From Leucoraja erinacea (Eukaryota), in assembly GCF_028641065.1 (NCBI RefSeq), contig NC_073404.1, forward strand, positions 20,088,001-20,151,733: a stretch of DNA of 63,733 bases. The letters run 5' to 3'. Position numbers and translations under genes: made by a program. Each line of letters begins with the position of its first letter. The first letter of the stretch is position 1. This document shows positions 13,691-24,527 of the stretch, in pieces. The notes under the pieces were generated by a model. The model worked only from the letters and a program-made list of their open reading frames with translations, did not search any database and was not told the origin of the DNA.

Positions 13691-16138
13691 GTCTTTTATG
13701 TTTCCATTTTACTGCTGCAAGAACTCAGTGGGCTGAACAGTATCTGTAAAAGTAAAAGCATTTGATATCAAAACAGCATTTGACTGAACATAGCATCAAG
13801 AAACACTAGCAATGGAGGTTTAAAGACATCAAGGTTATGACCTATTATTCTCAAATCCAGGACATCATTGTAAGGGTCCCTCAGGGCATTACCCCTGGTC
13901 AACCATCTTCAACTGCTTCAAAATCAGAAGTGAGAAAGTTTATTGATTACAGCACGATGTTGCTAAGATGAGCTGGAGTAACTCAGCGGGTTAGGCAGCA
14001 CCTCTGGAGAAAAGGAATAAGTGACATTTCAGGTCAGAATCCTTCTTCAGTCTCAATGTTCCCTTCTATTTCCAGTTTCTCCTCAAAGCTATTGCAGTGG
14101 GTCAACATAATTGCTTTCAGGCCTCTGCTTTGATCACTAGGAAACTAGCTCCCAGGAACAATAATTTAATTAGATGGCCTGAGCAGAACATTGAATTGCA
14201 ACTGGTCATTGCCCCCAGGTGTTCACTTAGGTAGAGAAGCACAAGGAGCAGATTTGAAGCTGAGAGCTCGAGGTGGCTCTGGGAGAGCTTTGGGGGGCTA
14301 TGTGCTGGAAGATTGGGGAGTCTGGTACAGATGGGAAAGATATTGCCCAAAAAACCATGAAAGTAATGAATCACTTGTAGGTGATAATACTTGTAGAATA
14401 ACTCCTAAAAAGCTGCCGGTGCTCTCCAGAAAATAGTTATGGCCAATAATCGTGCATTCATTTGCTTTTCAATGAAAGTTTAATGTATAAAAAGCAATAA
14501 GTTGAAGAACACATCCAGTGTCATTACCTGACAGGTCAGAGAGTGCTTTGTAATTTAGCTTTTAGATGAAGATTACTGCTATAAAAATACCCTAAAGTAA
14601 AATGTTGAAAGGTCGCTTTCAGTAAGAAATGAACCATTAAGCATCAGTAATAAAGCAATGTACATCAACAGACCTTGGGCCAGATTGGATTTTGATATTG
14701 AAATACATTTTAAATGCAGCATTGTATTAACATCTCCAGTGTGTTACATGTGGATATGCTAGAGCTAGTTAAGATTGGAACTCATAAATAGAAAGCAACT
14801 GCAGTCTAAAATTACATCGGGGATTAAGAGAAGAAGTAATATTATCACAGACTTTGCGATGGTGAGTTTTTGTTAGTGGAAATGTGAATTTGATTTTAAA
14901 AGGATAAGGCAGGGTTTATTGTGTTACATCCTATCAATAATCCAAACATGGTCAATTTGTTATTGCAGGATTGTGTGTCTCTTGTCTCTATAATAAAATA
15001 TTTTATGGATCAGAGATTCCAGCTTTGCAGTTGATGGAAAGCCCAGTAGCATTTTCATAGATCTGATAACATACCTGCAGTTCAGCCTGGAGAAAGGACA
15101 GTGATATACTCCAGCCAGTACCGTTTTAATTCATTTTTGTGTCAATTATTAACTGGAAGAAATTAATGACATACTGAATGAGATTAAAAGGGAGATTTTC
15201 TTAACCATGAGATAGGAACTGTACAAATTAATCTTTATGAAAAGCAACTAAAGCAATGAACGCACTTCAGCTGCTGTGACTATAAAGTTGGCGTATCCTG
15301 ATTTTATTTGGGATAGTGAAAAGACTCAATATTGTTCATCATGCTTACTCTGAAAGGTTTAAATACAAGCTTGAAATTAAAAATCACTAATAAGATAAAT
15401 AGGTAATCATGTTGTGAAAACAGAGACACAAGGGACTGCAGATGATGGAATCTTATGTCGAATACAAAGTGCTGGAGTATTGTTGTGGGTCAAGCAGCAT
15501 CTCTGAAGGGTGTGGATAGGTGATATTTTGGGTTGGCACCCTTCTTCCGACAAAATGCTGCCTATCCACATCCTCCAGAAATGCTGCGTGACTCCCTGAG
15601 TTGCTCCAGAACCTTGGTTCCATTGTGAAAAGAGTAACTTAAAGACTCATGCTACGTAATTGTTGAGGTGAGATGTTTGCTTGTCCCTCTGTAGAGAAGG
15701 ACCTGAGGGACGTTGACACAAAGACAGAGGTTAGGATTAATGTTTGATTGTTGTACTGGTTTGTTTTACTAAAAGCCGTGTCTACACTCGCCTCTCACGG
15801 ATTATTAAATAATGGGCAAAGCTGTCCAAGACATTTATAATAGTGAATCATGTCTCAGTTTTGACCAATCCTAATCTGGGAGTGAAAACAACCAGAGTTT
15901 GTATCATCGCTGGAGTAAGACCAGTTGAATGCAATTTTCACTGATCTAAGAGGACCACGCCAGGCAGAAATGACCATGGCATCTTTCAAAGAAAATCCTG
16001 TACTATTCATGTACTAATTCTGGTTTGTTTTGCAGCAGCTTTTCATCCATTGGAGCTCCATTTGACAAATCACTTCCATTGTAATACTCTTGGTGGAAAT
16101 CGGTGGTGGAAATACAACCTTGCGACTGGGATCTCAGA

Positions 16139-16174
16139 ATGATCAGAGCACCTGAAGATCCAGTGGACCAGCCG
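16139..16174 (+). CDS. FKBP6: Candidate first coding exon of FKBP6 (MIRAPEDPVDQP), within a putative exon 16036-16174
   Basis: Branch-point-like TACTAAT (16012-16018) and TTTGTTTTGCAG acceptor. ATG at 16139 has A at -3 and an in-frame upstream stop (16082). Phase-0 donor CCG|GTAACT fits the next exon. No strong homology support. Confidence 0.5.
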
Positions 16175-16339
16175 GTAACTCTTCACAATATTGTTTTTAT
16201 AATTTTGTTTCAAGATATCTGACTGGCCGGATATCTACTTGCAAATACAGCTGGAATTTGTTTGCTGGTTAAAGAGTATGGGATCTGCTGTTTTCCTGCT
16301 GCTGTATTGCAACATCATTCTCCGATCAGTGCTGATAAT

Positions 16340-16765
16340 GCTCCTTGCAAATTAGAGGAACAGTACCTCATATTTTGCTTACAAGCCAGTGGTGTGAACG
16401 TTGAACGCTCTGATTTTATGTAACCCTTGCATTTCCCTCCCTCTTCTTAAACCCTTAACCCCCCCCCGCCCCCCCGCCACCTCCCCATGCAAGCCGTCCA
16501 ACAAGTTCCACTGTTTGCATCCTTGTATCCCTCTGTTATCACCACTTCCCCAGCCAATAATGGGCCATTATAGGCTCCAATCTTCTTGGTCATCTGTTGC
16601 CAGCCCAGATTTGTTCTGGTCTGTTCTTACCTCGAGTTCCCTCCCCTCTACTTTCAGTCTGAAGAAGGGTCCCGACCCGAAACGCCACCCATCCTTTTCC
16701 TCCAGAGATGCTGCGTGACTGGCTGAGTTACTCTGGCACTGTTACTCCAGCACTGTGTCTTTCTC
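16340..16765 (+). mobile_element. Penelope 3' end plus pseudo-LTR fragment
   Basis: GCAAATTAGAGGAACAGTACCTCATATTTTGCTT matches the ORF end at about 32590. Hammerhead-like motif at 16659-16690. Confidence 0.75.
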
Positions 16766-17274
16766 TGATAAAGCATTTCTCCTCCCTCCCCATTAAGGCA
16801 TGAGGAGACGCAAAGTAATTATTTATTGATTGCCCTTCAGCAGTATGATCTGCAGCTTGTGGTGTGAAACTGTTCTATTCCCAATCTCTGTTCTGTTAGA
16901 CAATCATCCTTGGGAGGCATTATTGGTTTTGTCAACCGCAAACTAAAGGAAAATGTTGACGTGGACTTCTGATCCTGAGATATTCAACATTATGAATGCT
17001 TGTGAGAAGCTTCATTGACATGGATTAGGCTCTGAGGCTTATCAGGGGTTCAATGACACTTGCAACTGCACAGTGATATATATATATATTTTTTTGCATA
17101 TTTACACATGCAGGCCCTGCCATGTTTTGGCAGCATGTCCAAAGTCCGGTCCAATAAATAACATTGAACCAGACCGGGGTAAGTGGCATTGGACTGGGGT
17201 AAATAGCATTTCCAAATTAATGTATGTAACCTGACACGTGTGGATAATGTAGTACAGAGAAGTCAATATGGCAA

Positions 17275-17364
17275 GGTACACAAAATGCTGGAGAAACTCA
17301 GCGGGTGCAGCAGCATCTATGGAGCGAAGGAGATAGGCAACGTTTCGGGCCGAAACCCTTCATC
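17275..17364 (-). mobile_element. 90-bp Penelope-derived mini-insertion carrying a hammerhead core
   Basis: TSD AGTCAAT(A/G)TGGCAA at 17261-17274 and 17365-17378. Minus strand CTGATGA-A-GGGTTTCGGCCC-GAAAC-GTT. Confidence 0.82.
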
Positions 17365-17512
17365 AGTCAATGTGGCAACATGAGTCTTCCTCCAAAACGT
17401 AGGAGATTACATGAAGATTAGGGAAGAGTGATATTAAGGGAGAATCTATATCTGATTCATTATATTTTGTACTTGGCACATGAAAGTGATGTTCAATTAC
17501 TTCTCTTTTCAG

Positions 17513-17630
17513 AGTCCTTTCTACTACATGTCTCTGAGAATGCAAGATGTCACTGGTGATGGTGGTGTGTTAAAGGAGGTTCTCCGACATGGATCGGGCA
17601 GAATTATCCCACTTACTGCATCAGTCTCTG
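17513..17630 (+). CDS. FKBP6: FKBP6 exon (SPFYYMSLRMQDVTGDGGVLKEVLRHGSGRIIPLTASVS), start of FKBP domain
   Basis: TTCTCTTTTCAG acceptor, G|GTACAG donor, 118 nt. Resembles human SLYERLSQRMLDISGDRGVLKDVIREGAG...ASV. Confidence 0.93.
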
Positions 17631-18391
17631 GTACAGTCAATCATGGGGTATTCTGAACTGATGTTAGTTTCAAGAAAGGGGTGATCACATATTGTTAGAT
17701 TCTGCCTTGCAATTTAGTGCAGTGCAAGGTCAAATGTATTCCATTTGTCTTCCTTCCTCTGTTATCCATCCCCATCCCCCACCAGTTGACCTATCCAGTC
17801 ATTCATTGACTGTCATGGCAAGGAAAAGATCTCCAGTTTCAGGTTGGTCCCAGTAAATGAACAGCAGCCAGGATTTTTAAAGTGGTAGTTCCTGTAATAA
17901 AGGCAAACCACGTAAGAATTATGTAAGGCAAACAAATATGGCAGGTTGTGAGTGTCAAGAGTGGATCATTGATGAAATTCCTTCTCTAATGTCCTTCCTT
18001 GCCGGCCCATCTACAATGCAGGAGTAGTAACTTCAATTTGGATGGGTTAACTGGTTGAAAATTATATTTAACAAGCAATGAATCCATCTTATGTATGTTT
18101 GGATTAGATGGTGAAGGAGATGAATTGAGCAGATTTCACACCCAGCTTGCTCTTGGAAAGCACTGAAATGGCTAGACTTCTCCACTCTCTAGTTCCCCTC
18201 AGTGCCTCTGGAAGAATTTCTGCCCTGAATCACTGGTCTGTACTCGCTTGCAGAAATGGCTGTGGTCATAATGCCCACAGTGACTGAGTGACAGAATTGG
18301 TCATCTCTCTGAAATCTTTGAATCTGTTTTGGCAAATTTCTTGTTAGGGTTTGCAGCTGAGCTTAATTTTTTCTGCACATCTTTCTTGCAG

Positions 18392-18481
18392 TTCATTACA
18401 GTGCGTACAGTGAATACACCGACAAGCCCTTTGATTCCAATGTGCAGAGGAATATGCCAAGGTTCATGAAGATCGGCCATG
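18392..18481 (+). CDS. FKBP6: FKBP6 exon (VHYSAYSEYTDKPFDSNVQRNMPRFMKIGH)
   Basis: CTTTCTTGCAG acceptor, G|GTGCGT donor, 90 nt, phase 1/1. Contains the FKBP V-x-Y and PFDS motifs. Confidence 0.95.
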
Positions 18482-18842
18482 GTGCGTACAAGTTGCACCA
18501 TGTGGGATGTAAATGTAGATTGTGAGAACTCTTGCTGATGCTTTGGGAGTGATGTGTTGTGAGTTGACATTGCACCTCTACACTCAGCTTCAGACCTGGT
18601 GTTGCTGGGACAGAGTGAATGAAAGCCCTCCAACTCGTGTTAGAACTGCTTTCTACCTGCCACCACACTCTCATTCACAACTTTATCTGAGGGGGTTATA
18701 ATGTTGCTGCATGTTCCCACCTTGCTGCAATAACGCATCAGCTTCCATACAGCGAGTAAAGATAGGTTATTAAAGTTGTAAAATGATTCACCATATGGAT
18801 TATTGAAAATGTTGTTATTGTAATTCTAATCCAATTTGCTCT

Positions 18843-19365
18843 TTAGACTTCAGAGATACAGCATGAAAAAGTATGCCTTTCAACCCACTGAGTCCGCGCA
18901 GACCAGTGATCATCCTGGTGCACTAGCACTAGGGCCAATTTGCAATTTTTACCTAAGCCAATTAACCTGTAAACCTGTTCATCTTTGGAGTGTGGGACGA
19001 AACTGGAGCACCTGGAGAAAACCCACTGGGTCACAGCGAGAATGTACAAACACTACACAAACAGCATCCGTTGTCAGGATTGAACCCTGTCTCTGGCGCT
19101 GTAATGCCCCTGTCCCACTTAGGAAACCTGAACGAAAACCTCTGGAGACTTTGTGCCCCACCAAAGGTTTCCTTTCGGTTCTCGGAGGTTGCAGGTGGTT
19201 GCCGGAGGTTGCAGGTAGTGGAAGCAGGTAGGGAGACTGAAAAATACCTCTGGGAACCGTACGGAAACCTTGGGTGGGGTGCAAAGTCTCCAGAGGTTTC
19301 CGTTCAGGTTTCCTAAGTGGAACAGGGGCATTTTTTTTGGCAGCAACTCTACTGCTGTGCCACTA
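18843..19365 (-). mobile_element. V-SINE interrupted by a MITE
   Basis: Reverse-complement SINE body. Head split at 19103-19332. Confidence 0.8.
19103..19332. mobile_element. Harbinger-type MITE with ~70-bp TIRs inserted into a V-SINE
   Basis: AATGCCCCTGTCCCACTTAGGAAACCTGAAC... is mirrored at the right end. The SINE resumes on both sides. Confidence 0.85.
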
Positions 19366-19549
19366 CTCTCGGTCTTGTGCACCTTGTGGAAAGGCTGAAA
19401 CTATGGGGCTGATCCAGTGGACTGATTTTTACCTTGCGGCTTGCAGCCAACCAGCCTTCAAGCAGTAATTCAAAATCAGGAGCTCTTGTTGTGATCACAA
19501 ACCATGTATCCACACCCTGCAGATTCCCTCAGATCCATATCTGTCCACT

Positions 19550-19822
19550 TACAATACAATACAAATTTATTATCATTTGAGCCCCAGTGAGACTCAAACG
19601 AAATGTTGTTTCCACAGCCATACAAACAAAGACACTGTCTTACAGACATATACATAATTAAATCCACACAAACATCCATCACAGTGAAGCCACTGTGATG
19701 GAAGGCAAGTCTTTTCTCTTCCCTGTTCTCCGTGTCTCTCCCGATGTCCAAGCCCCAGGCGGGCGATGATGAGTCCCACGGCCATTTTAGGCCGCGCGGG
19801 GCGATTTACGGCCCCGCTCCCG
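19550..19822 (-). mobile_element. 5'-truncated relative of the 33122-33959 retroposon
   Basis: Shares CAAACGAAATG, CAGCCATACA, AAACATCCATCACA, CTGTGATGGAAGGC and GCCGCGCGGGGCG blocks. (ATTGT)n tail. Confidence 0.75.
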
Positions 19823-20087
19823 TGTAGCGGTTGTAGATCTGTGCGCTATTAGTCAGTGACACTGGATGGTGGACGTTGGAGTAAAGATACTGAGGACTGT
19901 GGGCAAAAGTCTAGTGATTAATGGGGATTACAGACAAAGGTGGGGGTTATCCTACACCAGTAAATGGTGCCTTCTGGCAGTGATTGCAATTAATCGTGTC
20001 TCTCTAATATAAACTACTGTGTGAACCGAGGGCCCTCGAGTTGAGGTCTATCATGTACTTTCTCTAACTGCAAAGTCTAAATAGGGA

Positions 20088-20257
20088 AGATGGGCACAAA
20101 AAACTGGAGTAACTCAGCAGGTCAGACAGCATCTCTGGGTCGACACGAAACGTCACCTATTCCTTTTCTCCAGAGATGCTGTATGACCTGCTGAGTTACT
20201 CCAGATTTTTGTGTCCATCTTTGGTTTAAACCAGCATCTGCAGTTCCTTCCTACACA
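20088..20257. mobile_element. Penelope-derived foldback insertion
   Basis: Inverted arms AAGATGGGCACAAAAAACTGGAGTAACTCAGCAGGTCA / TGACCTGCTGAGTTACTCCAGATTTTTGTGTCCATCTT. Confidence 0.75.
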
Positions 20258-21149
20258 AGTCTTAAGTGGAGGCTGGGTTCTGTTGCACAGAGTTCAAAGC
20301 AAGGGAATAAGCTTAGTTCTCCTTACACTCGCAGACTGACGTGGAACGATCCGGAGGTCAGTTTCTCATAAACACTCCTGCATGCTGCTTAAAGCTATTG
20401 AAGTGTAGTTCTTATTTCTTCCACGCACCCCAGCCTCTCAAAGTGACCTCTGTTAATTTGAAGCAAGCCAATGTTGAGAAATAATGCTATTTATGAGATG
20501 GAGCATGGATTCACACCACTGAGTCTGTTTACTCCTGGAGAAACACAGTGCACCAGCACCATCTAGGCACAAATCCTGAGTACTTCATCTCCTGGGCTTT
20601 CACGTACAGTATTTGAACTGCTCCTGCTAGCAATAAGAGATGGTTTGTGTGTATGAACTCTGGGATCCTGCATTTCCAATACCTTCTGTCAGGATAGGCA
20701 GCTAGCTTCACTTGTAGGTCAAATGCAGGCTAGTGATAAAAGGGAATGTTAAATCCTAAGGACCATTGTTTTGTGGGTTGGGACATTGTGAATGAAAAAT
20801 ATTTTTAGTTGGCTACTGTGAAATGAGGTTCTACAGTCTAGGACGAAGTTAGTAGCAGCCTTGGAGGTGTAACTGCAGCCTCTTGTGCCATACTTGAAAT
20901 GGGGCCACATTTTGGGACATTGGAAATTGGAGTAACTTGGGAGCATTTGATTCCAGAGCCTGAAAACGCTTGTGGTCCACTTTCCCTCAGGAAGGTCACC
21001 ATATTACTGAACACACAAAACCTCAATCTTTCACACAAGAAGGACCTTTAGAAGCTACAATCAACAGTGCTGGAAATTGAGATCGTGAAAATGACTGGTG
21101 TGTAACTGGTCTCTGCTTATGTTGGCTGCTCCCATGAGGCACCGTGAAG

Positions 21150-22056
21150 TATTGACAGGGTCAATAGACGACAAGCTAGTCTATGTGATGGACTGGCCAG
21201 CATTCACAACTCGCTGTAATTTCTTGTGGTATTGTGCAGAGCATTTGCCATACCCAGCTGCATAGCATCGGGATATGATGCTTTATAAAAATCAGTGAGA
21301 TTGTGAATAGGCTGAGTTTCCTTGAGGAAGTGGAAGCATTGGTGTGCTATTTGCCCTACTCTGGTGGCGTCATCTGCAAATTTGTACATGGAATCGGTGT
21401 AGAATTTGGTCAATGTCGAGTTTGTATAAGGACAATACCAAGGGGGTGGGAACGCAGTCTTGCAGGTCTTGGGAATTATCCAGTTTTGGGAATTATCATG
21501 GAGGACATGTCGCCCATTCTTACTGATTGCATTCTGCTGCTTAGGAAGTCAGCGATCACGTGGTTGCTGTGTTGTGGAGTCAGGAAGTGGTTGCTGAGTC
21601 CCAGGTCTCGGAATTTGGAGATGCGTTTGGTTGGAATTGAAGACTCCTATTTATTGACTTTATCTGACATGGGTATTGTCCAGATTTTCCAGGAATGAGT
21701 GGAGGGAGGGTCAGGGCAACAATGCTTGTCATGGACCTGTTGCTGCATCAAGTGAAATGAAGTGGGACTAAGCTGCCTGGGATAGTGTTAATCTGTGCCA
21801 TGACCAGCCTCTCTAAACACATCATGATGGATGTCAGAGCCACCAAGGTAGTAGTCATTAAGGCACGTAACCTTGCGTTTCTTTGGCACCAGGATTGTAG
21901 TGGTCGTTTTTAAAGCAGATAGGAACCTCGGATTGGTGTTGGGAGAAGTTAAATATGTCTGCGAATACTCCTGCAAGAGGACATGGCCAGAGACTCCATC
22001 TGGGCCAGTTGCTTTTCATGGATTTATTCTCAGGAAGGTCAATCTGCCAACCATAA
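21150..22056 (-). mobile_element. Older degenerate Rex1 RT fragment
   Basis: LAGVFADIFN, TTILVPKKRKVTCLNDY and YKFADDAT in different frames. Confidence 0.75.
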
Positions 22057-22244
22057 TGTGTAGGAAGGAACTGCAGATGCTGGTTTACACTGAAGATTAA
22101 CACAAAATGCTGGTGTAACCTAACAGGTCAGGCAGCATCTCGGGAGAAAAGGAATAGGTGATGTTTTGGGTCGAGACCCTTCTTCAGAAGCCGATTTCTG
22201 AGCTCAGGCTGAAGAAAGGTAAAGCTGCACCTGATGTTCCTCCC

Positions 22245-22245
<1 letters not shown>

Positions 22246-22275
<30 letters not shown>
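22246..22275. repeat. Poly-C tract (30 nt)
   Basis: Directly visible, 44 nt upstream of the exon at 22320. Confidence 0.95.
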
Positions 22276-22276
<1 letters not shown>

Positions 22277-22319
22277 CCATTGAAAACAAGCATAGAATCT
22301 GGTGCCTGCTGTGTTTCAG

Positions 22320-22522
22320 ATATAACGCTGCTTGGTATGGAACTAGCAATGCCTACAATGAAAAAAGGCGAGTTCTCCCGCTTTCTCTTTAAGCCACAAT
22401 ATGCATATGGGGTAATGGGCTGTCCCCCGCGGATCCCACCGAACGCCACTATAATGTTTGAAATGGAGGTCCTGGATTTTCTGGATACAGTGGAGTCCGA
22501 TGAATACTTCTCTATGTCACAG
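22320..22522 (+). CDS. FKBP6: FKBP6 exon (DITLLGMELAMPTMKKGEFSRFLFKPQYAYGVMGCPPRIPPNATIMFEMEVLDFLDTVESDEYFSMSQ)
   Basis: TTTCAG acceptor, CAG|GTAAGC donor, 203 nt. Carries the FKBP6-type FLFKPxYAYG..GCPP.IPPN motif. Confidence 0.97.
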
Positions 22523-23200
22523 GTAAGCAATTCTGCAACAGGCAGAGTAGGTGATATTTCTGCTGTTGTAGTTTGTGACGGTCTTGGACGTGGATTGCTT
22601 ATCTTGTTAATTTAAAGCTGCCTGAGCTACCAGCCTGACACCTATCCTTTCAATTCAGTCCTGTTCTATGTGTGCTTGTACTTGTTTATATTTCCTGTCA
22701 AATGTTCTGGGTCCGGAGATTTAAGCTGCACTGCTTTTAGCATGACAGCCTTTCAGATAGATGAACGTGATTGTCATTGGTTTTAAAGCCAGAGTCGGAG
22801 GGAATGCAAATCAACTATCTGCATCGGAGCACAACACCCCACCCACACAGTAGCAGGAGTTAAGTATTTTGAACACAGTCATTGTTTCTATGTTTATTAC
22901 ACAGTGGACCATTTTTGAAGATTTTTCATTGAACTTGCTTTGCACCAGTTTCTGTTCATGCCTTCTTTTGGTAAAATGGTATGATCCTGTAATTCTTGCA
23001 TTGTCTTCTATCTCTAAATAATTTGTGAAAAAAATGTTAAAAAAATGCAGACGCCTTACATCTGAAATATAAACAGAAAATGCTGGAAATCTTTAGCTGG
23101 TCGGTCAGCATCTGTGGGAAGGGAAACCATTAATGTTTTGTCGTGAATGTGCTGCCTGACCTGCTAGGTCTTTCTAGCATTTTCTGTTTTTATTCTGTAT

Positions 23201-23338
23201 CTTCTTCTTGTGTATGGCATGCATAGCCTAAAGTTGTCGGACAACTTGTTGTATTTGATCTTATTTGATTGTGCACGCCACGTTGATTGCATTCGTCGAT
23301 ACAGGGCGGACCACGTGAAGGTTGCAATCTCCCATCCC
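23201..23338 (-). mobile_element. 138-bp short retroposon with an HDV-like ribozyme head and (AAG)3 tail
   Basis: Perfect 12-bp TSD TTTATTCTGTAT at 23189-23200 and 23339-23350. Minus strand ends ...GCCATACACAAGAAGAAG. Confidence 0.88.
23285..23338 (-). ncRNA. HDV-like self-cleaving ribozyme motif (54 nt, minimal P4)
   Basis: Minus strand reads GGGAUGG(P1)-GA-GAUUGCA(P2)-ACC(P3)-UUCACGU(L3)-GGU(P3')-CCGCCCU(P1')-G-UAUCGA(P4)-CGAA(J4/2)-UGCAAUC(P2'). G1-U wobble present, one P1 mismatch. Confidence 0.82.
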
Positions 23339-24384
23339 TTTATTCTGTATGATTTGCATGTTCACCATCACTTTCACTCTTTTGCTTGTCTACTTTCTGA
23401 GCTGAATGGGGAAGTAATGTGAAGTAATGTTCTGGAATTAAATACAAATTGCTGATTAAATGACCAGCTCTTTTTCCTTTTTGTGCTCTTCTCTCCATTA
23501 ATTATAGTTTCTCTGAACTGTTTACTGTCAGATTATTATTCATTGTCTCTGCGTTATTTCCAGTGGCTTTGTAATGTTTTAATTAAATCTTTCATGTCAT
23601 TGAAGGGTGGTCTGTCCCATTTGCTGTAATAGCTCACCTCAAGCTCGGTGCAGACCTACTCTATTCTGACCACATCCCAGCACAGTCAGGATATGGACTA
23701 TAACTAGGCTTTGTGAACTAGTCTCTGGATCCTGAGTGCTCCTGTGCCAGGTTTGCATCGCTAATGTTGTTTAAGTGATAGGAGCAGAACCAGGTCATTT
23801 GACCCATCAAGTCTACTCTGCCATTCAATTATGGCTAATCTATCTTTCCCTTTTAACTCCATTCTCGTGCCGTCTCCCCATAACCCCTGACACCCGTACG
23901 AATTAAGAATCTATTTATCTCTGCTCTAAAACTTTCCATGGACGGCCTTCACAGCCCTCTGTGGCAGTGAATTGCACAGATTCTCCACCTTCCGACTATG
24001 TTATTACACGTAAAGAATGTTAACTGTGGCAAAGAAGCATTATTTTCTCAGGGTGCGAGCAGAGACATCAGGGTGTTCCTTCTTTAGGTGATCCCTTGTG
24101 TAAAGAATTGTCCAATAAAAAGCTGAGAGAACTGGGAATTGATGCTTAGCCATTTGATGAGAGTTGGTGGGTTGACTTGCTTAATTGACGTAAATGAATA
24201 CCAGCGAAAATATTTGCAAAGTTAGAGAGGATTAGAATGAATCCATTGAATAGTTAAACTTGATAAAGTATAAAACACTGAAATTAGTTCAGATGGCACA
24301 CACTTGTGAAAAGTTTCATAACAGCACATTGAAGAATAGCAATAGTTAGGAGAAATGGAGCTCAAGTGAGTGTAAGTCAAGTGA

Positions 24385-24527
24385 GTGGCTAAGGGGATCA
24401 GGGGGTATGGAGAGAAGGCAGGTACGGGATACTGAGTTGGATGATCAGCCATGATCATATTGAATGGCGGTGCAGGCTCGAAGGGCCGAATGGCCTACTC
24501 CTGCACCTAATTTCTATGTTTCTATGT
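24385..24527 (+). mobile_element. CR1 3' end
   Basis: GGCTCGAAGGGCCGAATGGCCTACTCCTGC followed by an (TTTCTATG)2 tail. Confidence 0.78.

Noticed and set aside
14859-14867. ATG|GTGAGT as the FKBP6 start exon
   Set aside because: Phase-compatible, but no clear acceptor or promoter. The 16139 candidate has better signals. Kept only as an alternative.
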